A DNA stretch of 64,000 bases from an uncultured beta proteobacterium. Its GTDB lineage: Bacteria; Pseudomonadota; Gammaproteobacteria; Burkholderiales; SG8-39. The position numbers were made by a program, and so were the translations under genes. The stretch is from the NCBI GenBank assembly GCA_963832685.1, contig CAWHUZ010000005.1, forward strand, positions 141,582-205,581, given 5' to 3'. Positions within the stretch are counted from its first letter, which is position 1. Each line of letters starts with the position of its first letter. The notes beneath the pieces were generated by a model. The model had not been told where the DNA came from, ran no database searches, and saw only the letters and a list, made by a program, of their open reading frames with translations. Below are positions 46,295 to 54,802 of this stretch, one piece after another.

Positions 46295-48687
46295 GCCGCG
46301 GCGCCATCATCGGTCTTCTCCTTGCTGCCGCCGCGCTGCCTACCGCTGCAAGTCCAGCCAACGATGCGCAGCTTACCGCGCGTCCCGAGAGCACGACCCA
46401 ACCGGGGGCCGCGGAAGGGATCGTGTCGGTAAGCGTCAACCTGGAACCGAAGGGCGACGCGTACGTGCTGATCGGCCAGGACGGCGACATTCTGATGCGG
46501 GAATCGGACCTCAAAGGCTACGGCCTTTCCGCGCTGCGCTACCGCGCGACGCGGATCAATAACGTTCCCTACGTGTCGCTGCGCGACGTTCCGGGCCTGA
46601 CGTACCAGTTCGACGAGGAAAAGCTCACGCTGCGCATCCGCGTCGAGGCGAGGGGGATCTCGCGCCGGCAGGTGATCGACATGGCGCCCAAGCGCGCGGA
46701 CGACGTGACGTATCCGTCGGCCGGCGGCGCCTTCCTCAACTACAACCTGACGGGAAACGGCAGCGACCGGACCGGCCTCGACACGGTGAGCGCGGCGGGC
46801 GAGTTCGGCATGCGCCTGGGCGACTACCTGCTCTTGAGTGACGCACAGTCCATTTATCAGCGCGACACCGGCGAAGCCAACACCACTCGCCTGAATACCA
46901 GCCTGACGCGCGATTGGCGCGGCACCATGCAGAGACTGGTGCTCGGCGACTTCGTCACCTCTGCGTCGACGCTCGGCAGCTCGCTGCGCCTGGGAGGCAT
47001 CAGCTTCTCGCGCCGCTACAGCATCGACCCCTACTATCTGCGCGCGCCCGGGCAGGTCGTGAGCGGCACCGCGGCGCTTCCCTCGGACATTTACCTCTAC
47101 AACAACGGCGTGCTGATCGGCCACCAGCGCGTCGCCCCGGGAACGTTCGAGCTGCAGAACCTGGTCAGCCTGAACGGGCTGCAGGTGACTGAAGTGGTGG
47201 TGCGCGACGTGCTCGGCAACGAGCAGACCATCACCAATCCCTTCTACTTCAGCCAGGCACTTCTGCGCGAAGGGCTCGACGAATACAGCGCCGACATCGG
47301 CCTGCAGCGCGAACAGTTCGGCGTGCGCAGCAACGACTACGGCAGGCTCGGCGGCGCGGGCTTCTACCGCCGGGGAGTGAGCGACGCGATCACGCTCGGC
47401 GTTCGCGGCGAGGCGCTCGACCACCGCTACAACCTCGGGCCTAACGCGAGCTGGCGCATGGGAACCTGGGGCGTGGCGAGCGCCGAGATTTCGTGGGGCA
47501 ACAGCCCCGACGGCAGCGGGACCGCGATCGCGTTCGGCCACTCCTTCAGCTCCCCCAGCTTCGCCTCGAGCCTCGCCTGGCGCACGGAGTCGCGCGATTA
47601 TCCGCGCGCCGGCGCCGACACGAGCCTGAACCGCAAGCACGAATTCGCGGGCACCGTGTCCATGCCGATCGGCGGCGGGAGCTCGATTGGCTTGATCTAC
47701 CAGGATTCACAGCCCTGGTACGCCGAGCGCAGCCGGTCCGCGAGCCTCACCTATCGCCACCGCTTGTCGAACGCCGTGTACCTGACCGGCGCGCTGCGCC
47801 GTTCGAACGGCGTCTTCGGCGCGAACGAGGTGCTGGTCTCTGTTTCCTACAATCCGGTCGGCAGCGGTGATCGGCCGTCGTACAGCGCCCAGCTTCAGCG
47901 CACCGGCGGCGTCAACGCACAGACGTTGCAGGTGCTGGGCGGCAATCCCGATGCAGAGGGACTCGTGTACCGCGCGACCGTTCAGCACTCCGACGGATCG
48001 GGCACCGCGCGCGATACCTTCGATCCTTACGTGCAGTACAACTTCGCGCGCAGCGTCGCGCGCGGCGAGTACTTCAGGGATTCCGGCGCCGGGAGCGGCA
48101 CCTATCAGCTCGGCTTCGCCGGGGCGGTCACGCGCGTCGGCGATGCCTGGGGCCTGTCGCGGCCGATCTACGACAGCTACGGCATGGTAAAGGTCGAAGG
48201 GGTTCGCAATGTGCGCGTGTACGCGAACAATATCGAGGTGGGGCGCACGGACGCGGACGGAAACCTCTTCATCCCGCGCCTCGCCTCGTATTTCGACAAC
48301 CCGATCGCGATCGAGGACAGAGACCTGCCGGTCGACATCATCGTGCCCCAGACGCGCTACATCGTTTCGCCGCCCCTGCGCAGCGGCGTGCTGGTCGACT
48401 TCAAGGCGCACCGGGTGCAGGCCGTCGCAGGCCGGCTCATGGTTCGCCGCAACGGCGAACGCGCGCCGTTCAGCGACGCGACTGGCGAGGTCGCCGTACC
48501 GGGCCATAATCCGCTGCCGGTGTACGCGGCGCGCGACGGCGGCTTCTACATCGAAAACCTCGGGAGCGGGACCTACCGCGGCGAGGTCAGCGGCCGGCTC
48601 GGCCGATGCGCGTTCACCCTGCACGTACCGCCGACCAAGGAAGCGGTCACGGACCTGGGTGTGCTGGAGTGCGGCGATGCGCGCTAG
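46285..48687 (+). CDS. Outer-membrane fimbrial usher (CsuD-like)
   Basis: ~800 aa, beta-rich. Probable GTG start at 46285 overlapping the chaperone stop; the track ORF starts further upstream at 46123. Confidence 0.8.
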   Translation: MLLGRGAIIGLLLAAAALPTAASPANDAQLTARPESTTQPGAAEGIVSVSVNLEPKGDAYVLIGQDGDILMRESDLKGYGLSALRYRATRINNVPYVSLRDVPGLTYQFDEEKLTLRIRVEARGISRRQVIDMAPKRADDVTYPSAGGAFLNYNLTGNGSDRTGLDTVSAAGEFGMRLGDYLLLSDAQSIYQRDTGEANTTRLNTSLTRDWRGTMQRLVLGDFVTSASTLGSSLRLGGISFSRRYSIDPYYLRAPGQVVSGTAALPSDIYLYNNGVLIGHQRVAPGTFELQNLVSLNGLQVTEVVVRDVLGNEQTITNPFYFSQALLREGLDEYSADIGLQREQFGVRSNDYGRLGGAGFYRRGVSDAITLGVRGEALDHRYNLGPNASWRMGTWGVASAEISWGNSPDGSGTAIAFGHSFSSPSFASSLAWRTESRDYPRAGADTSLNRKHEFAGTVSMPIGGGSSIGLIYQDSQPWYAERSRSASLTYRHRLSNAVYLTGALRRSNGVFGANEVLVSVSYNPVGSGDRPSYSAQLQRTGGVNAQTLQVLGGNPDAEGLVYRATVQHSDGSGTARDTFDPYVQYNFARSVARGEYFRDSGAGSGTYQLGFAGAVTRVGDAWGLSRPIYDSYGMVKVEGVRNVRVYANNIEVGRTDADGNLFIPRLASYFDNPIAIEDRDLPVDIIVPQTRYIVSPPLRSGVLVDFKAHRVQAVAGRLMVRRNGERAPFSDATGEVAVPGHNPLPVYAARDGGFYIENLGSGTYRGEVSGRLGRCAFTLHVPPTKEAVTDLGVLECGDAR

Positions 48688-49126
48688 TTTCGTCGCCGCC
48701 TGTCTAGCGCTGTGCGCGGTGAGCGCGCACGCGGCATGCAACGTCTCCGCAGGACCGTTGTCCTTCGGGCCGTACGACCCGCTGAGCCCGCTGGGCTCGA
48801 CTACCTCGGGCGTGATCACCGTAAGCTGCAACCAGGCCCCACCGCCGATCGTCACCATCCAGATCAGCCCGAGCGCGGTCTCGGGCGGATTCTTCCCGCG
48901 CCGCATGCAGCGCGCAAGCGGCAGCGACCTGCTGGATTACAACCTGTATCTCGACCCCGGCGTCACGGTCGTCTGGGGAGATGGGACCGCCGGCACGTCC
49001 ACGCAGAGCAAGCGCGTCACCAAGAACAAGCCCTGGAACGTCACGATCTACGGCCGCATGCCGGGACTGCAGAACGTCACGCCCGGCAACTACGGCGACT
49101 CGATCGGCATCTCGATAATCTTCTAG
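48677..49126 (+). CDS. SCPU-domain subunit (distal/tip subunit candidate)
   Basis: ATG 48677 overlaps the usher end. Signal ..AVSAHA|AC, VITVSCNQ.., LDYNLY.., C-terminal PGNYGDSIGISIIF. Confidence 0.75.
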   Translation: MRASFVAACLALCAVSAHAACNVSAGPLSFGPYDPLSPLGSTTSGVITVSCNQAPPPIVTIQISPSAVSGGFFPRRMQRASGSDLLDYNLYLDPGVTVVWGDGTAGTSTQSKRVTKNKPWNVTIYGRMPGLQNVTPGNYGDSIGISIIF

Positions 49127-49149
49127 GGGACGCGCGACCGCGCGCGGCG

Positions 49150-50232
49150 TCAGTAAGGCGCGATAAGAAGCGCCACCGGCCACGCAATGACCCCGGGCTG
49201 TGCGCCGGGCGCGAGATCGAGGCGCGTTCGCAGATGCAGCGTCTGGCTGCGCAGGCCCACCCCCGCCTTCGGCACCAGCACCACGGCAGCGCCGGTTGCG
49301 ACGCTAAGCTGCAAGTCCTGGCCGTCGAAGTGCACAGCGCGGACCTGGGTCGAGTTGAGATTGAACCCGAGCATGACCCCGGCGGGGTTGTTGGTCCGAA
49401 TTTCGATCTCCACCGGCTGCGCCAGCGCGACGTAGCCGCGCGCGATGTCCGCCGCAGTGACCGTAATCTGTTGCGGGGTGCGGAACGCGCTGATCGAGGC
49501 GTGGCGCAGCACCACTGCCTGCACGTCGATTCGATGCGTTTCCGCCAACGCTGCGGGCGGCGACGATACGCCCAACGCGGCGGCCGCAAAAGCGATCGCG
49601 CGCAGTCGCTTCTGGCGCGCGAGGAATCCGGACAGCACGTCCGGCGTGATCGCGCCGGACTCGACCAGCGCTTCGCCGAGCCGCTTGCCCGAAGCGCGCT
49701 GGCGCTGGATCGCATCCTCAAGGGTTGCCTCGTCGATGACCCCGGCCTCCACCAGCATGCGCCCGAGGCGCGTGCGCCCGTGCAGCCGGTTGACGACCTT
49801 TTCCTGGAGACTGAGCGCGCCCTGGCGCTGGGCCGGGGTGATGGCGCCCTGGCGGATGAGGATCTCGCCCAGCAGGTCGCCGGTACGCTCCTGTTCCTCG
49901 ACCGCGCGGTCGAGCTGCGCCTGGGTCACTGCGGCTGAATTCAGCAGGATGTTGCCCAGGCGCGAGGCGAGCAATCCGAGCAGCTCTTTGCCGCGGCCGG
50001 CGCGCAGCTCGTCCTGGATCGCGAGCACCTCGTCGAGCTCCACCTGGTCGACCAGGGCCATCTCCACCAGCAGTTCGCCAAGCCTGCGATTGGCGCCCGC
50101 CTGTCGCGCCAGCGCCTCGTCCAAGCCGGCGCGCGGGACCAGGCCTGCCCGCACCAGCAATTCTCCGATACGCGGTACTGCGAGCATGGAAACGCTGCGG
50201 CTGAGGATCCAGGAAGGCAAGCGGGCGGTCAC
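49150..50232 (-). CDS. Protein with three tandem MshEN (T2SSE_N-like, c-di-GMP-binding) modules, one hydrophobic segment and an uncharacterised ~130-aa beta-rich C-terminal domain
   Basis: Six copies of the 24-aa motif RLGxx(L/V/I)(L/V/I)xxG(L/V/I)(L/V/I)xxxxLxxxLxxQ in three pairs (aa 21-73, 91-143, 155-207), e.g. RIGELLVRAGLVPRAGLDEALARQ-AGAN-RRLGELLVEMALVDQVELDEVLAIQ. Then AIAFAAAALGVSSPPAALA, then a domain with no motif I recognise. The start may be ATG 50187. Confidence 0.75.
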   Translation of the reverse strand: MTARLPSWILSRSVSMLAVPRIGELLVRAGLVPRAGLDEALARQAGANRRLGELLVEMALVDQVELDEVLAIQDELRAGRGKELLGLLASRLGNILLNSAAVTQAQLDRAVEEQERTGDLLGEILIRQGAITPAQRQGALSLQEKVVNRLHGRTRLGRMLVEAGVIDEATLEDAIQRQRASGKRLGEALVESGAITPDVLSGFLARQKRLRAIAFAAAALGVSSPPAALAETHRIDVQAVVLRHASISAFRTPQQITVTAADIARGYVALAQPVEIEIRTNNPAGVMLGFNLNSTQVRAVHFDGQDLQLSVATGAAVVLVPKAGVGLRSQTLHLRTRLDLAPGAQPGVIAWPVALLIAPY

Positions 50233-50321
50233 CTAGTGACCATAGCAGCTCGGCCAGCCGCCCTACGAGGACAAATTTGACCTTGGCGAAAGGCTTGTCA
50301 AATTCTCACACATTGCCGCAT

Positions 50322-51026
50322 TCAGGCCTTGAGCGTGAACGGATTGAAGTTGGTGCGCCGGTCATAGTAGTCCTCGTTCTCGGCGCGCTTGAGCAGCGCG
50401 ACCACCTTGTAGGTCACGGGCGTGAACAGCACCTCGACCGCCACCTTGGTCGCGAACTGCGCCGCCATCACCAGCGGCAGCTTGTCGTCCGGGATGATGC
50501 CCGCGCCGTAGAACGCGAGCGGGTAGAACAGCAGCGAGTCGACTCCCTCGCCGAAAATGGTCGAGCCGATGGTGCGCGTCCACAGCCAGCGCCCCGCGGT
50601 GAGGATCTTCATCTTGGCCAGCACGTAGGAGTTGACGAACTCGCCGCAGAAATAGGCGGCCATCGAGGCCCCGGCGATGCGCCACGTGGTCCCGAAAGCG
50701 ATCTCGTAGGCGTCCTGGTGGTGCCAGAACGGCGCCGGCGGCAGCGCCACCACCACCGCGGCCATGAACGAGGCGAAGCCCAGCCCGGCGAAGCCGGCCC
50801 AGATCACGCGCCGCGCGCGCGCGTAGCCGTAGACCTCGGTCAGGATGTCGCCGAACACGTACGAGATGGGAAAGAACAGCACCGCGCCGCCGAAGGTGAG
50901 CGGGCCGAAGAACGGCACGTCGATCTGCGCGATCTTGGCCGGCCCGATCAGGTTGGAGCAGATCAGGATGGTGACGAACGCCGCCATCACGAACTCGTAA
51001 TAGCGGTAGCTGCGCGGCTGGGCCAT
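50322..51026 (-). CDS. yhhQ: Queuosine-precursor transporter (YhhQ / VUT family)
   Basis: Start MAQPRSYRYYEFV (ATG 51026). ..FFPISYVFGDILTEVYGYARARRVIW.. is the family signature. Only the last 234 aa of the 624-aa track ORF are genuine. Confidence 0.85.
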   Translation of the reverse strand: MAQPRSYRYYEFVMAAFVTILICSNLIGPAKIAQIDVPFFGPLTFGGAVLFFPISYVFGDILTEVYGYARARRVIWAGFAGLGFASFMAAVVVALPPAPFWHHQDAYEIAFGTTWRIAGASMAAYFCGEFVNSYVLAKMKILTAGRWLWTRTIGSTIFGEGVDSLLFYPLAFYGAGIIPDDKLPLVMAAQFATKVAVEVLFTPVTYKVVALLKRAENEDYYDRRTNFNPFTLKA

Positions 51027-51049
51027 CCCGGCGGGTCCTCGCGGCGGGC

Positions 51050-51583
51050 TCAGGGCAGGCGCGGCGAATGTTCGCGGATGTCGGGATCGAACTCGACCCG
51101 CATCGCGTCGAGCATGCGCGACACCATGGCGTAGAACGCCGCGGTCAGGCACAGCTCGACGTAGTCGGCGTGGCCGAAGTGCTTCGCGGCCTCGGCGTGG
51201 ACCTCGTCCGTGACGTTGCTTGCCATCACGCCTTCGGTCAGCGCCAGCGCGGCGCGCTCGCGCGCGTCGAAGTGCTTCGACTCGCGCCACAGCTCGAGCT
51301 CGTTGATCTGCTCCTCGGTGACGCCCGCCTTGCGCGCCATCTTGAGGTGCTGCGCCCACTCGTACTTCGAGCGCGCGATCTGCGCCGTGCGCAGGATCAT
51401 GATCTCGCGCAGCTTGCGCGGGGTGCGGCTGTCGTGGCGGATCGAATTGGCGAACTCGGTCCAGGCCGCGGTCAGCGCCGGATGGTTGCCGAGAGCGCGG
51501 TAGAGGTTGACCGGCTCGCCCCACAACTCCTCGAGCCGCTTTTTCAGGCCGGGCTCGAAGTCGGCCATCGGAACGCGTTGCAT
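51050..51583 (-). CDS. Carboxymuconolactone decarboxylase (AhpD-like) family protein
   Basis: ..LYRALGNHPALTAAWTEFANSI..LREIMILRTAQIARSKYEWAQH.. Start at ATG 51583 or 51568. Confidence 0.75.
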   Translation of the reverse strand: MQRVPMADFEPGLKKRLEELWGEPVNLYRALGNHPALTAAWTEFANSIRHDSRTPRKLREIMILRTAQIARSKYEWAQHLKMARKAGVTEEQINELELWRESKHFDARERAALALTEGVMASNVTDEVHAEAAKHFGHADYVELCLTAAFYAMVSRMLDAMRVEFDPDIREHSPRLP

Positions 51584-51602
51584 GGCCGTGCATAATAGCC
51601 GA

Positions 51603-52813
51603 ATGGACGCCCGCGAACGCGCGCGCGCATTCGAGCTCACCCGCGCGCCGGCAGACTTCATCGACGACCCCTACCCCTGGTACGCGGCCCTGCGCGAGCA
51701 CGACCCGGTGCACGCGCTCGAGGGCGGCGGGGTGTTCCTGTCGCGCTACGAGGACGCGCTCGCGGTGTACCGCGACGCGCGCGCGAGCTCGGACAAGAAG
51801 GCCGAGTTCGGGCCCAAGCTGGGCGACTCGCCGCTCTACGAGCACCACACCACCAGCCTGGTGTTCAACGACCCGCCGCTGCACACGCGCGTGCGGCGCA
51901 TCATCATGGGCGCGCTCAACCAGCGCGCGATCGCGCGCATGGAGGCCGACGTCGTGAAGCTGGTCGAGCGGCTGCTCGACGAGATGGCCAGAAGCGCGCG
52001 AGGTCAACTTCATCGACGCCTTCGCCTCGCAGATCCCGATCGAGGTGATCGGCAACCTGCTCGACGTGCCGCGCGCCGCGCGCGCGCCGCTGCGCGGCTG
52101 GTCGGTCGCGATTCTCTCCGGGCTCGAGCCGACGCTTACGCCGGCGATGCACGAGGCGGGCAACCGCGCGGTGACCGAGTTCGTCGCGTTCCTCAAGGAC
52201 CTGATCGCCGAGCAGGAGGAAGCACCCCGGCGATTACGAGGCCGACGTCCTCACGCGCCTGATCCAGGGCGAGCAGGACGGCGAGCGCCTGAGCGAGACC
52301 GAGCTCTACCACCAGTGCATCTTCATGCTCAACGCGGGGCACGAGACCACCACCAATCTCATCGGCAACGGCACCTGGCTCTTGCTCACCCACCCGGCCG
52401 AGCTCGCGCGCGTGCGCGCCGATCCCGCGCTGGTGCCGACCGCGGTCGAGGAGATGCTGCGCTACGAGGGGCCGATCCAGCTCAACAACCGGCGCCTCAC
52501 CGCGCCGATGGCGCTCGGCGGCAAAGAGCTTCCCGCCGGCACCCCGATCACCATCGGCATCGGCGCCGCGAACCGCGACGCGGCGCAATTTCCCGACCCC
52601 GAGCGCTTCGATGCCGGCCGCAAACCCAACCGCCACCTCGCCTTCGGCCAGGGCGCCCACGCCTGCGCCGGCCTGAACGTCGCGCGCATGGAAGCCCGCG
52701 TCGCCTTCGCGCGCCTGCTCCCGCGCTTCCCGAAATTGCAGCTCGCGGGCGAGCCCCAACGCGACCGCCGCATCCGCTTCCGCGGCTTCAAGAAACTCCC
52801 GGTACGCACCTAA
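51603..52813 (+). CDS. Cytochrome P450, frame broken twice
   Basis: I-helix MLNAGHETTTN, ExxR (EEMLRYEGP) and heme loop FGQGAHACAGLNVAR. The pieces lie in track ORFs 51507.., 52045.. and 52325.., joined by skipping single bases near 51997 and 52219. Confidence 0.85.
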
Positions 52814-52889
52814 ACCGGGGACAGACCCCGATTTCGCACTCTAAGCAGGCTGTTTTTCCGAAACTAAATCGGAGACCTGTCCCCGATTT
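52812..52889. repeat. REP pair upstream of the RAYT gene (inverted orientation)
   Basis: AAACCGGGGACAGACCCCGATTT (52812-52834) and AAATCGGAGACCTGTCCCCGATTT (52866-52889). Confidence 0.8.
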
Positions 52890-52935
52890 CGAGGACGCCG
52901 GTCAACCGATCTTCGACGGCAATCGTTGAGCGCTC

Positions 52936-53668
52936 ATGCCCCGACACGCGCGCGCGATCCTTCCCGAAGTGGCCGTGCACATCATCCAGCGCGGGAACAA
53001 CCGCTCGGCGTGCTTTCATCGCGATGCGGACTACCTGGTCTATCTCGATCACCTGCGCGAGCTCTCGCGTCGCCACGGCTGCGAGATCCACGCCTACTGC
53101 CTGATGACCAACCACGTCCATCTGCTCGCTACACCGCGGGCGGCGAACGCCTGCGCGTTGCTGATGAAGAATCTCGGCCAGCGCTACGTCCAGTACATCA
53201 ACCGCAGCCGGGAGCGCAGCGGGACGCTATGGGAAGGGCGCTTTCGCTCGTGTATCGCGCAGTCCGATCGCTACGTCCTCGCGTGCTACCGATATATCGA
53301 GCTCAACCCGGTGCGCGCCGGCATGGTCGCCCGCGCGGGCGACTATCGCTGGTCAAGTCACTGCGCAAATGCCGGCGGCGTCCGCGATACATGGCTCGCG
53401 CCCCACCCGGAATACCTCGCCCTCGGTATTGACGACGACAAGCGCTCACACCGCGTATCGCGTGCTGGTCGAATCCGGCCTCGGCGCCACGCAGCTCGCC
53501 GAGATCCGCCGTGCGACCAACAGCGGCGGCGCACTCGGAGACGCGGCGTTCCGCAGCCTTGCCGCGCGCGCCCTCGGACGGCGCCTGACGCCGGGACGCG
53601 CCGGGCGTCCGCCGAAGCGCAAATTTGGGACAGACCGCGGCGCGAATCTTTCCGGATCAGTACGTTAG
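52936..53668 (+). CDS. REP-associated tyrosine transposase (RAYT; IS200/IS605 Y1 HUH family), frame broken once
   Basis: VHIIQRGNNR.., HUH motif MTNHVHLL, catalytic-Tyr block RYVLACYRYIELNPVRAGMV. The C-terminus continues in track ORF 53369..53668 (..AHTAYRVLVESGLGATQLAEIRRATNSG..) after one extra base near 53441. Confidence 0.85.
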
Positions 53669-53697
53669 CCGGTGAAATCGGGGTCTGTCCCCGGTTT
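53621..53697. repeat. REP pair downstream of the RAYT gene (inverted orientation)
   Basis: AAATTTGGGACAGACCGCGG (degenerate, 53621-53640, inside the RAYT 3' end) and AAATCGGGGTCTGTCCCCGGTTT (53675-53697). Confidence 0.75.
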
Positions 53698-53712
53698 ACA
53701 ATCCACACTCGT

Positions 53713-54789
53713 ATGAAAAGCGCCAGCAGAACGGAAGACGTCCATATCGTCGCCTTCGAGGCGATGGCCTCGCCGCGCGAGTTGCACGCCAAGGCGCCGA
53801 TCACGCCGCGCGCGACGAAGACGGTGACGGAGGCGCGGCGCGTGCTGCAGGACATCCTCGAGCGGCGCGACCCGCGCCTGTTCGTGGTGGTGGGGCCGTG
53901 CTCGATCCACGACTCGAAGGCGGGCCTCGAGTACGCCGCGCGGCTGCACAAGCTCGCGGCCGAGGTCTCCGACGCGCTGTACCTGGTGATGCGGGTGTAT
54001 TTCGAGAAGCCGCGCACGGTGAGCGGCTGGAAGGGCTTCATCAACGACCCCTACCTCGACGGCTCGTTCCACATCGAGGAAGGCATGCAGCGCGCGCGCG
54101 AGTTCCTGCTCGCGCTCGCCGACCAGGGCCTGCCCGCGGCGACCGAGGCGCTCGACCCGGTCGCGCCGCAGTACCTCGGCGACCTGATCTCGTGGTACGC
54201 GATCGGCGCGCGCACCAGCGAGTCGCAGACCCACCGCGAGATGGCGAGCGGCCTGTCCGCCCCGGTCGGATTCAAGAACGCCACCGACGGCGACACCGCG
54301 GTCGCGATCAACGCCATCCGCTCGGCGCGCCAGCGGCACAACTTCCTCGGCATCGACCCCGACGGCCGCTCGGCGATCGTGCGCACCGGCGGCAACCCCT
54401 ACGGCCACGTCGTGCTGCGCGGCGGCGCGGCGAGCCCGAACTACGACACCGCGCACGTCGCGCTGATCGAGCAGGCGCTCAAAGAGGCGCGCGTGGCGCC
54501 CAACATCGTGGTCGACTGCTCGCACGCCAACTCGTTCAAGAAGCCCGAGCTGCAGCCGCTGGTGTTCAAGGACTGCATGCACCAGATCGTCGAGGGCAAC
54601 CGCTCGATCGTCGGCCTGATGCTGGAGAGCAACCTGGTGGCCGGCAACCAGCCGATCCCCGAGGACAAATCGAAATTGATCTACGGCTGCTCGGTGACCG
54701 ACGCCTGCATCGGCTGGGACGCGACCGAAGCGCTGCTGCGCGAATCCGCGGCGTCAGTGAAGAAAGCGCTGCGCGCCCGCGCCAGGTAA
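53713..54789 (+). CDS. 3-deoxy-7-phosphoheptulonate (DAHP) synthase, class I
   Basis: ATG 53713. ..LFVVVGPCSIHD.., ..RVYFEKPRTVSGWKGFINDP.., ..ESQTHREMASGLS.. The 617-aa track ORF that appears to fuse it to the transposase is a frame artefact. Confidence 0.9.
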   Translation: MKSASRTEDVHIVAFEAMASPRELHAKAPITPRATKTVTEARRVLQDILERRDPRLFVVVGPCSIHDSKAGLEYAARLHKLAAEVSDALYLVMRVYFEKPRTVSGWKGFINDPYLDGSFHIEEGMQRAREFLLALADQGLPAATEALDPVAPQYLGDLISWYAIGARTSESQTHREMASGLSAPVGFKNATDGDTAVAINAIRSARQRHNFLGIDPDGRSAIVRTGGNPYGHVVLRGGAASPNYDTAHVALIEQALKEARVAPNIVVDCSHANSFKKPELQPLVFKDCMHQIVEGNRSIVGLMLESNLVAGNQPIPEDKSKLIYGCSVTDACIGWDATEALLRESAASVKKALRARAR

Positions 54790-54802
54790 CTACGGAGCCC
54801 CC

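Larger units (their letters stand above)
52812..53697 (+). mobile_element. REPtron: RAYT gene bracketed by inverted REP pairs
   Basis: Combination of the three features above. Confidence 0.75.

Noticed and set aside
51027-51049. preQ1 riboswitch upstream of yhhQ.
   Set aside because: Only 23 nt separate yhhQ from the preceding gene, and the sequence (GC-rich, no A-rich tail) does not resemble the preQ1-I or preQ1-II consensus.
50322-52196. 624-aa minus-strand ORF as one large protein.
   Set aside because: Only the last 234 aa (YhhQ) look native. The upstream part is antisense to the P450 gene and out of frame with the AhpD-like gene.
52936-54789. 617-aa track ORF suggesting a transposase-DAHP synthase fusion protein.
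   Set aside because: The middle of that ORF is off-frame Arg-rich sequence created by the frame error in the RAYT gene. The RAYT C-terminus continues in another frame and stops at 53668, a REP pair follows, and DAHP synthase has its own ATG at 53713.
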